Shown here in pieces: positions 54,601-64,000 of a DNA stretch of 64,000 nucleotides; within the stretch, counting starts at the first letter, position 1, and every line of letters begins with the position of its first letter. The position numbers and the translations under genes are program-made. Below the pieces are notes generated by a model. The model was not told the origin of the DNA. It was given only the letters and a program-made list of their open reading frames with translations, and did no database searches. Source of the DNA: Thecamonas trahens ATCC 50062 (Eukaryota > Protista > Apusomonadida); assembly GCF_000142905.1 (NCBI RefSeq), contig NW_013657641.1, positions 192,907 through 256,906 of the forward strand, in the 5' to 3' direction.

Positions 54601-55820
54601 ATGGCGTCTAACCACCCGACCATTGAGATCGTGGAGGTGGACAAAGACCACATCAAGTTCTCCCTCTCCAACGCAGACTCTAGGTACGGCTGCTGTGTGT
54701 AGTACCGGCGGTGGTGGGAGGGGGAGGGGGAGGGGGAGGAGGGGGGATGGCTGTGGCGGGAGTGCGACTTATGGTGGTATGGCTGCTGGCTTGCTGGTGG
54801 TGGTGGTGGTGGTGGTGGTTGCGGGACGGACGGACGGGCATGCGGAATACGGTTGTGGCTATGGACATGGTGTGCGTGCGTGGTGGGTGTGTGCGGGCTG
54901 TGGTATGGGCGGGTGTGGGTGCGTCTGGCGGTGCGGTGGACAGCCTGGCCAACGCGTTGCGGCGTGTCATTATTTCCGAGGTCCCGACCATGGCCATTGA
55001 TCTGGTGGAGATCCACGCCAACTCGTCGGTCCTCCATGACGAGTTTGTGGCTCATCGGCTGGGCCTCATTCCGCTCGACTCGACCAACGTGGGTCAGTTC
55101 AACTACACCCGCGAGTGCTCGTGCAACCGCCGGTGTGCGCTCTGCTCGGTCGAGCTCCGGCTCGACTTTAAGTGTGAGGGCGAGCAGACAGTCAACGTCA
55201 CTTCGTCGATGCTGTATTCAGAGGACGATCGGGTGGTGCCGGTGGTGTCACAGGACATGGCGCGGCCGACTCGGCAGAATGGCGACGACGACGATGACGT
55301 GGTGCCCGAGGTCGAGGACACTGGCGTGCTCATCGTCAAGCTGCAGGAGGGCCAGAAGCTCTCGCTCCGGGCCATTGCTAAGAAGGGCGTGGGCAAGGAG
55401 CATGCCAAGTGGTCGCCGGTCTCGTGCGTCGAGTTTCAGGAGGTGCCCGAGGTGGTCATCAACCAGGACCTCATGGCCGAGCTCGAGGAGGCCGACAAGG
55501 AAGAGTGGGCCGCATCGTGCCCGAGCAAGGTCTTCCGCTACGACCCGGTCTCGCGTCAGGTCGAGGTTGTCGAGAATGGCCGCGCCTGCACCTTTTGCCG
55601 CGAGTGCACCCTCAAGGGCGAGCTGCTCGATACCCGTATCAACCCGGGCGAGGACCGCTTTGCCAAGCTTGTCCGCATCACCTCCAAGCCCAAGGAGTAC
55701 ATCATCACCGTCGAGTCGTGCGGCACCCTCCCGGCCGCCGACATTGTCCAGTCGGCCCTGGCCGTCATCAAGGAAAAGCTCTCCAACGTCCAGGCCGAGA
55801 TGAACGGCGCCTGGCAGTGA
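54601..55820 (+). CDS. POLR2C: RNA polymerase II subunit RPB3 (2 exons)
   Basis: SLANALRRVIISEVPTMAID, SSVLHDEFVAHRLGLIPL, KKGVGKEHAKWSP; intron GTACGG..CAG 54684-54943. Confidence 0.95.
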
Positions 55821-56271
55821 CGCGGTTGCTCTGTTGCACCGTCTCTCTCTCTGCCCCTGCCCCTGCCCTCGCTTCTTGGCCACGGGTCACTAAACTTGTC
55901 GATCTTGCCCAGCGCCTTTCCCCTGGCCTCTTCCTGTCGCCACATTCCCCGCCCGAGCCGGCCGCCAAGCCTGTTGCCTCCACGACGGCCGCCGCCCGCT
56001 GACGGCCGCTAGTACGACACAAACTGGCCCATCGCGAACGTGCCTGAACTCATCGCACACAGTGCTTCGACACCCGCTCTCCATGCAGGCCTCCCTCATG
56101 CTCCTCCAACTTCAACTGTACGCGTGCCTGAGCCTGGGCCCTGTGGCGCGGCATCAAGTCTGTGCCATTTCCTTCGCGCTATTCCTTCGCGCCCTCCACC
56201 GCGCCTTCCCGCCCAACCCGGCCGGCCACCCCCTTCTCTCCCTTAGGCACCACTCGTCTACAAGCCGCAGC

Positions 56272-58464
56272 ATGTCAAGCCGCCGGACACCACGGGAGGC
56301 GAGCGGGAAGAGCAAGGACAAGGGCAGGGGCAAAGGCAAAGGCAAGGACAAGGGCAAGGAGAGCAGGGGCAGCAAGAAGGTGACGGTCAAGCTTCGGCCG
56401 CCGTCGGACGAGCGAGTGCGTGTCGTCGTCCGCTGCCGTCCGCTCGGCGAGAAGGAAGTGACGGACGGACGGAATGTGGTGGTCGAAGTCGACTCGACGG
56501 CACGGACGGTAGCAGTGTACAAGCCTGACGGCGCCCGTGATCCGCACAAGGTCTTCACTTTTGATGCCACATACGGGCCTGATGCCACACAGCTCGGCAT
56601 CTACGAGGAGTCGGCCCGCCCCATCATCGAGGCTGCGCTCGGCGGTTACAACGGCACCATTTTTGCGTACGGTCAGACTGGAACAGGAAAGACGTTCACC
56701 ATGGAGGGCGTGTTTGGCGACAAGGCCCTCCGCGGCATCATCCCCAACGCCTTTCACCACATCTTCCAGCACATCGGCGACTCGGTCGACCAGCAGTACC
56801 TTGTCCGCGCCTCGTACCTCGAGATCTACAACGAGGACATCCGCGACCTGCTCTCCAAGAACTACACCCGCAAGCTCGCGCTCAAGGAGCATCCCGACTC
56901 GGGCGTGTACGTCAAGGACCTCTCGGCCTTTGTCGTCAAGTCGTTCACCGAGATCGAGCGGGTCATGGCCGCAGGCAAGAAGCACCGCGTCACCGGCGCC
57001 ACCAACATGAATGCGCAGTCATCGCGCTCGCACTCGGTCTTCACCATCACCATCGAGTGCTCCGAGCTCGGGCCCGACGGCGACACCCATGTCCGGGTCG
57101 GCAAGCTCAACCTCGTCGATCTTGCCGGTTCCGAGCGCCAGTCCAAGACCGGTGCCGCCGGTGACCGCCTCAAGGAGGGTATCAACATCAACGTCTCGCT
57201 CTCGTGCCTCGGCAACGTCATCGCCGCGCTGGCTGACGGCAAGACCCGCCACATCCCCTACCGTGACTCCAAGCTCACCCGCCTTCTGCAGGACTCACTC
57301 GGTGGCAACTCCAAGACGGTCATGATGGCCAACGTCGGGCCGGCAGACTACAACTTTGAGGAGACCATGTCGACTCTCCGCTGGGCCAACCGCGCGAAAA
57401 ACATCAAGAACAAGCCCAAAATCAATGAGGATCCCAAGGATGCTATGCTCCGCCAGTTCCAGGAGGAAATCGAGGCGCTCAAGGCCCAGCTCTCGCAGCA
57501 CGGCGTGGTACCCGATGGCGGGGACAGCGCCGCAGCGGCGTCGGGCGGCATTGACGTCTCGCAGGCCCGCATTCAGGAGATGCAGGCCCAGCTGGAGGCC
57601 GAAAAGGCCCGCCTTGCCGCCGACCGCGACATGGTCGACTCTGAGAAGGCCAAGATCGCCGCTGAGCTCGAGGCCCGCGCCGTCCTCCTCGAGGACGAGC
57701 GCAAGGAGCAGGAGGCGCTCGCCGCCCGCCTCGCCGCCATGCAGGATAAGGTCCTCTCCGGCGGCACCGAAGGCCTTATCGACCTCAAAGAAAAGCAGGA
57801 GCGCGAGCTGGAGGAGCAGCGCCTGCGCCTCGAACGGCAAGCCCGCGAGGAAGAGCGTCTCAAGAAAGAGCTCGAGGCCCAGGCCGAGGAGGCCGAGCTG
57901 AGCAAGAAGAAGTTCTCATCGCTCGAGGAGGAGGCCGCCATCAAGACCCGCAAGCTCAAGAAGCTCTGGTCCAAGCTGCAGAACGCAAAGGGCGAGCTCT
58001 CGTCTCTCGAGGAAGAGCACGCCATCGATCGCCTCGAACTCATGGAGGAGATCCGAACCCAGAACGACGAGCTCAAGCTCTTCCGCTGCATCATCAACAA
58101 CTTTGTTCCTCCCACAGAGGCCCACAAGGTCCAGCAGCGGGCGCTCTGGGATGACGACGCCGACGACTATGTCCTCAAGCCCGTCGACGTCACCTTTGAC
58201 CGCGAGCTCAAGCGGCCGGCCGCGCGTCCCGGCGAGAAGCGCCCGCTTCCTGACTATGCCCTCCGTGCCCTCCAGCAAGGTGCCACCAATCCGCGCTTCC
58301 GCGTCGAGAACATTCTCCAGATGGAGCTTGCCATGCCCAAGCGGACAACCGTCGACTACGTTGGCTCCTCCGTCCCGGACACCATCCAGGACGCCCTCGA
58401 TCAGGCCTTGGCCGGCGAAGACGAGCTCGAGCTCCGCGCCACCGAAGCCCTTCCCAGCCTGTAG
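56272..58464 (+). CDS. KIF3: Kinesin-2 motor subunit (KIF3A/B, FLA10/FLA8-like)
   Basis: GQTGTGKT, SSRSH, GKLNLVDLAGSERQSKTG, INEDPKDAMLRQFQEEI, KTRKLKKLW. Confidence 0.92.
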   Translation: MSSRRTPREASGKSKDKGRGKGKGKDKGKESRGSKKVTVKLRPPSDERVRVVVRCRPLGEKEVTDGRNVVVEVDSTARTVAVYKPDGARDPHKVFTFDATYGPDATQLGIYEESARPIIEAALGGYNGTIFAYGQTGTGKTFTMEGVFGDKALRGIIPNAFHHIFQHIGDSVDQQYLVRASYLEIYNEDIRDLLSKNYTRKLALKEHPDSGVYVKDLSAFVVKSFTEIERVMAAGKKHRVTGATNMNAQSSRSHSVFTITIECSELGPDGDTHVRVGKLNLVDLAGSERQSKTGAAGDRLKEGININVSLSCLGNVIAALADGKTRHIPYRDSKLTRLLQDSLGGNSKTVMMANVGPADYNFEETMSTLRWANRAKNIKNKPKINEDPKDAMLRQFQEEIEALKAQLSQHGVVPDGGDSAAAASGGIDVSQARIQEMQAQLEAEKARLAADRDMVDSEKAKIAAELEARAVLLEDERKEQEALAARLAAMQDKVLSGGTEGLIDLKEKQERELEEQRLRLERQAREEERLKKELEAQAEEAELSKKKFSSLEEEAAIKTRKLKKLWSKLQNAKGELSSLEEEHAIDRLELMEEIRTQNDELKLFRCIINNFVPPTEAHKVQQRALWDDDADDYVLKPVDVTFDRELKRPAARPGEKRPLPDYALRALQQGATNPRFRVENILQMELAMPKRTTVDYVGSSVPDTIQDALDQALAGEDELELRATEALPSL

Positions 58465-58642
58465 ACTGTAAATCCACGCGGGTCGACTCATCGATGGCCA
58501 AGCCGATGCCCCCAGTCAATGGCTGCCGTGCCGAGCTTCCACTGCCACCGGTCGCCGCCCGTGCACGAGTTTGGCCCAAGCGACCGCACCGACACTGTTC
58601 TCTCTCTTGCTCTCTCTATATCTCTTGCCCTGCCTCAAGGCC

Positions 58643-59723
58643 ATGACGCTTGTCCAAGGACTGGCCAGCGTGTCTACGGCTGCTGCGTCAGGCTGGCTGG
58701 CGATGACCTGGCTCGGCTGGTCGTGGCTCCTGGCTCTGGTCCTGGCCATGGCGGTGGGCGCGGTGGTGGCTATGGCTACGGCGGTAAGGCGATGGTGGTC
58801 GGCGAGCAGCCGGTGGAAGGGAGGTTTGAGCGTGTGTGTCAGAAGGGCGACTCATCGTGGAAGAGCGAGGATGGGCTTCAATCGCGGCGTGTGTGGTTGG
58901 CGTGGCGGGCGGCGGTCGATGGGGCGCGCAGCGGTCAAAGTCGCCGGCTGAGCTGGTGGCCGAGGCCGAGTCGTGGGATGCCAAGCATCTGCGGCATCAC
59001 TCGGAGATCCTGGAGCTGGCAGCTGGGCTGTGGATGGTGGAGGGTAGCAATGCGTACCCGCTGCCGCGAAACATGTTCATTGTTGCGCTGCGATCCGGCG
59101 GCTTGCTCCTCTACTCGGTCGTCGCTATGAACGAGGATGCGATGCGCGAGCTGGAGGCTCTTGGCATGCCGGAGATCATGGTGGTGCCATCGCGGCAGCA
59201 CACCTTTGATGCTGCCCGCTACAAGGCCCGGTACCCGCAGCTGACCGTTGTATGTTCACCCGAGGATGCTGATGTGATCTCCAAGCGGGTTAGCGTCTCG
59301 GCCACTTTTGACGAGACCGACGTGCTCGAAGCCGCAGGCGTTCGGGTCCTCGTCCCGCCTGGCCTCAGGCCACGGATGGCTGGTGAGCGGGTACTAGTAG
59401 TGCCAATTGCAGGTGGGCGGAAGAAGGCGCTTGTGTTCTGTGACCTTATCTTCAACCTCCCGCCGTCGCAGTGCTCGATCATCACCCGGCTCCTCGGCTC
59501 CGGACCGTTCTTTGGGCCGACACGCATCCTACGGTGGTTCGGACTTGCCGATCGCTACGCGTTCCAGCAGTTCCTGCTAGATTGCTCGTACATGAAGGGC
59601 GTTGATGCGGTGTTGATGACCCACGGCTCGCCCGTGCTCGCGCCCTCGGCCACCGGCCTGCGGCTCGGCGGCGATACATGTACCATTCCGGAGCTCTTGC
59701 TCGAGGCAGCGGCTCGGGCGTGA
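58643..59723 (+). CDS. DUF4336-like (metallo-beta-lactamase fold) protein with N-terminal membrane segment (2 exons)
   Basis: RNMFIVALRSGGLLLYS..LEALG..VVPSRQH..YKARYP, FCDLIFN, MTHG; hydrophobic exon 58643-58783, intron GTAAGG..CAG 58784-58931. Confidence 0.7.
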
Positions 59724-59817
59724 GTCGTGGCTACCGCTGTGGGATGGAGGATGTTCATTGCCTGCAGTTAGCAGGGTGGCTTCTTCGCCTCCTCCCTCAG
59801 TCGAGCGCAATGGCGGG

Positions 59818-62800
59818 CTACGAAAGCGCCGCACCGGCGATTCCGACCATAAACTGGGCGGTGGCTTCGTCGCTGGCGCGGACAGTCACATCGAGCGCCT
59901 CGGACGAGCCGGTCTTGGAGAGCTTGGCATGGACGAGGACAAGTGTCGAGCCCAGGAGCGAGCCGGCGAGGATGGCCTCGGGCCCGATGAGATCGACCGG
60001 CGCCACCCCGAGGGCTCCCACAAGGATGTCAGACACCCGCGCAGCGTTGCCGACACTCACTGACGCCAGTGCGACCTTAGCTTCGGACCGGAGCTTGATC
60101 CACTCACCGCCAAAAGTCTCTGTCACCAGCTCCTTGCCGCGCATGAGGTCGGTGAGATCAAAGTGGGTCTGAACTGGGACGAAGCTCGAGCTGCCCTCAC
60201 TGTCGGTATACGCCACAGCCATGTTGATGGCGAGGTTGAGCGAGTGCGCTCGATAGGTCGAGGTAAAGACGACTGCGACCGTCGCGCCGCCGGCCAGCTC
60301 ACCGCGCAGCGCAAACTTGCTGCCTCTCTGCTCGATGGGCAAGTCGCCGTCGGCGACGACCTGCAGGCCCGATGGGCCCTCGTATGTCACCACAATGTTG
60401 GCAAGCGGGGCGTCGGATGCGTTGGCGAGGTAGAGCACGACATGAACCGCGGCTTCCGAGTGAGTCTTGCAATCGCGACCGCCAGAGGCGCACTGCCAGC
60501 CGTAGGCTCCACCGGAGGCGGCGGAACTGGTGCCCCCGCTTCCGCTAGCAGCGTCTGTACAGCTGTCGAGAGAGAGAACCGCGGGACCGAGGCCGATGCA
60601 AACGGGAGGAGCGAGGAGCCTGCGTCCAAAGATGTGGCGGACGCTACCGCCGACGGCGATGGGGTCGGCGCAGTCATGAACGAGAACACGTCCGATGGAG
60701 GCCCGGGCGAGGTGGGAGCGGTTGAGGCAGGCGTGGATGTACCAAAGCCATCAAGGTCGAGCAGCGATGCTGACGCCGACTTGGAGACTGGCGGCGGCGA
60801 TGCCGGTGGCAGACTGCTGCTGCTGCCGCCGCCAAATATGTCGAGGAGTGAGGCTGATCCCTGGGTAGAGAGCGTGTGCGCCTGCGAGTCGGCGCCAGAA
60901 GGAGCAGTATCAGTGGTGAGCGCGGGACTGGATGGCTCACGCGAGCGGGAGCGGCCGCGCGGCTTGCGATCCTTGCGGATGCGGACGCCGACGGGCTTGT
61001 CGAGGCCGAGCGACGAGGTACCGGCAAACAGGGCCTGGGCCTGTTGTTCGCGCGCGGACGCGCGCGGCGAGGACGGAGCGGCGTCGGGCGTCGGGTCCGA
61101 GGTAGCTTCACCGCCAGCTGCCCCACGATCAGCAGACTCGAGGTGCGAGTCCGAGTCGGGAGCCGCCGACAACAGCGCGGGCGTGTGCTCGTTGTCGTCG
61201 GCAACGGTCGGTGTCGCGGGTGCATTCGGGTCAAAGCCCGAGACAAACCCGGCCGTCGCCGCACCCGCCGACTGCACATCGGCGACCGGCTGCGATGTGG
61301 CAGGCTTGGCGAATCCGGACGCACCCCAGCGGCGCGAGACACCCTGCAGAACGATGCCCCCGACGCTCGGCGGCTCGGCAGCGGCGGCCGGTACATCAGG
61401 TGCGGCGGCGGCCGGTGTGGTCGGCACAGAGCCAGCCAGAGTGCTTGCAGAGTGCGCGGCGACAGCCGGTGCGGCCTGGGGCTGGAGGAGCGGGTTGTCG
61501 TAGGCGTCAAAGCGGAGAGCGGGCTTGGCAGAGTCAGCGGCTGTCGACGGCAGGGCGGCATCGAGGAGGTCGGCGTCAAAGGCGGCGCCGTCGGGCCCAT
61601 CGTGCCACGACCGCTCGGCGCGCGGGAGGTAGCGGCGGCCACCGGAGGCGAGCGAGCGGGCGACAAAGTCGTCAAGGAACGGCAGGGCGGGGTCGACGTC
61701 GATAATCTCGTTGGCGGCGTCGACAGGCAGGACAACTTCCATGAGATCAAAGTCTTTGGTCAGCTGCTTGAACTCGTAGCAACGCTGTTGGATGTCGAGG
61801 ACGGTCGAGTTGGAGAAGCGGTCAATGAGCTGCGCCACCGCGTGCGGGACGGCATGGACCTGAGCAACGAGCTTGGTGAGGGCCGAGATGATGACTGCAC
61901 GGGTCTGCGGGTCGTCGTACGGGCGGCGGGCAAGCTCCACGAGCTTGGCCATGACCTGCTCCTCGGTGTAGTCGGCGGAGAGGTAGGTGTACTCGCCGAG
62001 GGTCCAGGAGATGGCGATGATGAGCAAGTCCGGGAGCGAGGGAGCGTCGATCATGGCGACATAGGCCGAGACGGCGTAGGCGCGTAGCTCGTCGTCGGCG
62101 TCGTCGTCGCCGGTGCCCTCAGCAATGAGGCGGAGCAGGTCGTCGAGCATGGCCGGCGATACAACGGTCGGCGCGTACTCAAAGACCAGGTTCATGACAC
62201 GGACGTACCAGGTGGAGCTCGGCGCATAGCGCTCGGCGAGGTTGGCGATGCGCTCGACGAGGTCGGTGCGGAGGTGGGTGTCGACCGAGGAGCGAAGGTA
62301 GGCGAGGAGGCGCTCGACAACGGCCGACACGTTGTGCGGATTGGTCATCTTGAACAGAAGGTCCAGCGTCTTGCGCTTGAGGGTGTCGTCGTCACCCTCG
62401 AGCGAGTCGAGGACGGTGACGGCGTGGCGGGCGGCGTACTTGGGGTCGAGCGCCACAATCTGCGAGAGGGCGGTGATGCCGACGTAGCGGAGGTTGTTGT
62501 TGGTGGAGCCAATAAACTTGGAGACCATGTTGGCGGCCATCTCAAGGAGCAGCGTGTTGGGGTACATGGTGGCGATGGTGCGGACGGCTTCGAGCACTAC
62601 CGAGAAGCCGGCAAAGACGCCGCAGTCGGCCTTGACCATGGCAACCTTGACAACCTCGTACGCTGATTCTGAGCCGCGCAGGTTGTCGGCGCAGAGCAGG
62701 CCGATAATGCGCAGAAGCTGGATCTGGATCCACGGCGCAGGCACGCCGTGGTAGGAAAAAGTGGACGCGAGCTTGTTGTCGGCGACTTGCTTGAGAATTG

Positions 62801-63578
62801 AGACAAACGAGGGGATTAGGTCGATCCACCCCGCCTTGTCCACCACAACCAGGTCGTGGATGAGAACAAGGGTGGCGGCCATGACGGCCGGGTCGCGGTC
62901 GCAGAGGACTTTGCGGATCTCGTCCTGTAGACCGTCGACGACATCGGGGACCTTGGAGTAGAGCGAGTGGAGGGCCATGACGGCCTTCTTGCGCACCATG
63001 CCTGACTCGTGCTGCAACAGCGAGACGACCGACGGTAGGACAGCCGGGATGTAGTCTGCCGAGAGCAGGGCCGTGCTGACAAGAGCCACACAGACCTCGA
63101 GCACGTTGGTCGACTTGAGATCGCGCTGCAGCGAGTGGACGAGCAGGATGATGAGCTCGTGTTCTGGATGCAGAAAGAGGGCAGCAGCAAGGTAGCCTGT
63201 CCGCTTGTGGAGGATGTTCTTCTCCTGAGTCAGGTTAACGGCGTGGATGTACGCCGGTTCAAACGAGAAGCCGAGCATTTCACAGTACATGGCCCTCACC
63301 AGCAGCTCCTTCTTGCCCTTGGCCGGCATGTCCGGGTTCTTCAGCGCAGTCTTGACCGTCTCCATCTCGTTCCGTACAATACGTTCCTCCTCCTGCCACA
63401 CCTCCTTGATCATGTGAGTGCCGAGGGGAGGGAGGTAGGGGTAGAGGGGGTAGGGGAGGGAGGGAGGGGAGGGGAGGGGAGGGGAGGGGCGTACCTGCTT
63501 GGACGTGGCCTCGCCGATGTGCTTGACCAGGCGGAAGAACTCGTGGGAGAGCCCCCGGTATGTCTCGGAGGCAGACAT
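59818..63578 (-). CDS. AP4E1: AP-4 complex epsilon adaptin (2 exons; apparent 1-nt frameshift near 60467)
   Basis: LSHEFFRLVKHIGEATSKQ|EEERIV, YCEMLG, KRTGYLA, YHGVPAPWIQI, AERYAPS, LRFDAY; ear domain continues in ORF 59818-60438; intron GTACGC..CAG 63393-63494. Confidence 0.92.
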
Positions 63579-63592
63579 AGGGGAAGGTGTCG

Positions 63593-63594
<2 letters not shown>

Positions 63595-63653
<59 letters not shown>
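63595..63653. repeat. (GT)n microsatellite upstream of AP4E1
   Basis: About 29 GT units. Confidence 0.9.
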
Positions 63654-63659
<6 letters not shown>

Positions 63660-64000
63660 TGGGTGAAGTGCGTGAGGTGGGGTGACAGCGGTGGTGAGCG
63701 AGCTGACTCTGCCGGATTTCGCGGTTCGGTGCTGCCCGATCATGGCTGGGTCGGCGCCCCGGGGGGGGGGGGGGGGGCAATCATGCACACCACATCTATG
63801 CCTCTTGATATTTGACCATCTCTGCCACCCAGCCTAACCCTCGATGATGCGTGACTTCAAGGTCACCAGCCGACGCTGCGCGACGCATGCTTGGCCTGTG
63901 GCTTGAGGTGGGAGGCGCGCCCGCACGTGATGGCGGCCGACACGTAGACGCCTGCCTGAAGGATGCCCGAGCTGCCGTCGCGGTGACGCCCCGACGATCG

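Noticed and set aside
29212-55820. Co-location of Pol I, II and III subunits plus POLA2 as a functional cluster
   Set aside because: They are scattered among unrelated genes on both strands, as expected in a gene-dense genome.
29454-63494. In-frame, stop-free introns (RPA12 183 nt, cathepsin 378 nt, AP4E1 102 nt) as protein insertions or inteins
   Set aside because: They have consensus donor and acceptor signals, translate to low-complexity junk, and stop-free 3n introns are plausible by chance in GC-rich sequence.

Overview
GC-rich, very gene-dense eukaryotic nuclear DNA (about 31 protein genes in 64 kb, few spliceosomal introns, one N gap at 6160-6514). Flagellar genes (DNALI1/p28, kinesin-2) and the compact style suggest a flagellated protist; an apusomonad such as Thecamonas is my guess, not something the sequence proves. 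Recognisable genes: WDR74/NSA1, a soluble-type adenylyl cyclase, NDUFA13, two F-box proteins, a bHLH-ZIP factor, GINS1, ARL2, a GPI-anchored subtilisin, TMEM234, a TMEM175-like channel, an NHL protein, RPA12, cathepsin L, DNALI1, a ZIP transporter, an RPB4/RPC9-family subunit, NOA1, RPL18, five identical tandem tRNA-Ala(AGC) genes, a RING-kinase, POLA2, ELP1, PA2G4, a CAP-Gly protein, RPB3, KIF3, a DUF4336 protein and AP4E1. The most interesting signal is the intron architecture: 10 of 11 inferred introns share a [G/C/T]ACT[C/T]A[C/T] branch motif lying 22-234 nt from the acceptor, most lack a polypyrimidine tract, and the acceptor is always the first YAG downstream, with AG-free zones up to about 230 nt. 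One such intron splits the GINS1 start codon (A|TG). Other leads: an F-box/PARP-zinc-finger fusion, a C2H2-ACT-ABM protein, a CaaX-tailed 'soluble' cyclase, four apparent one-base-deficit frameshifts, and near-zero or overlapping convergent gene ends. No CRISPR array or mobile element is supported.
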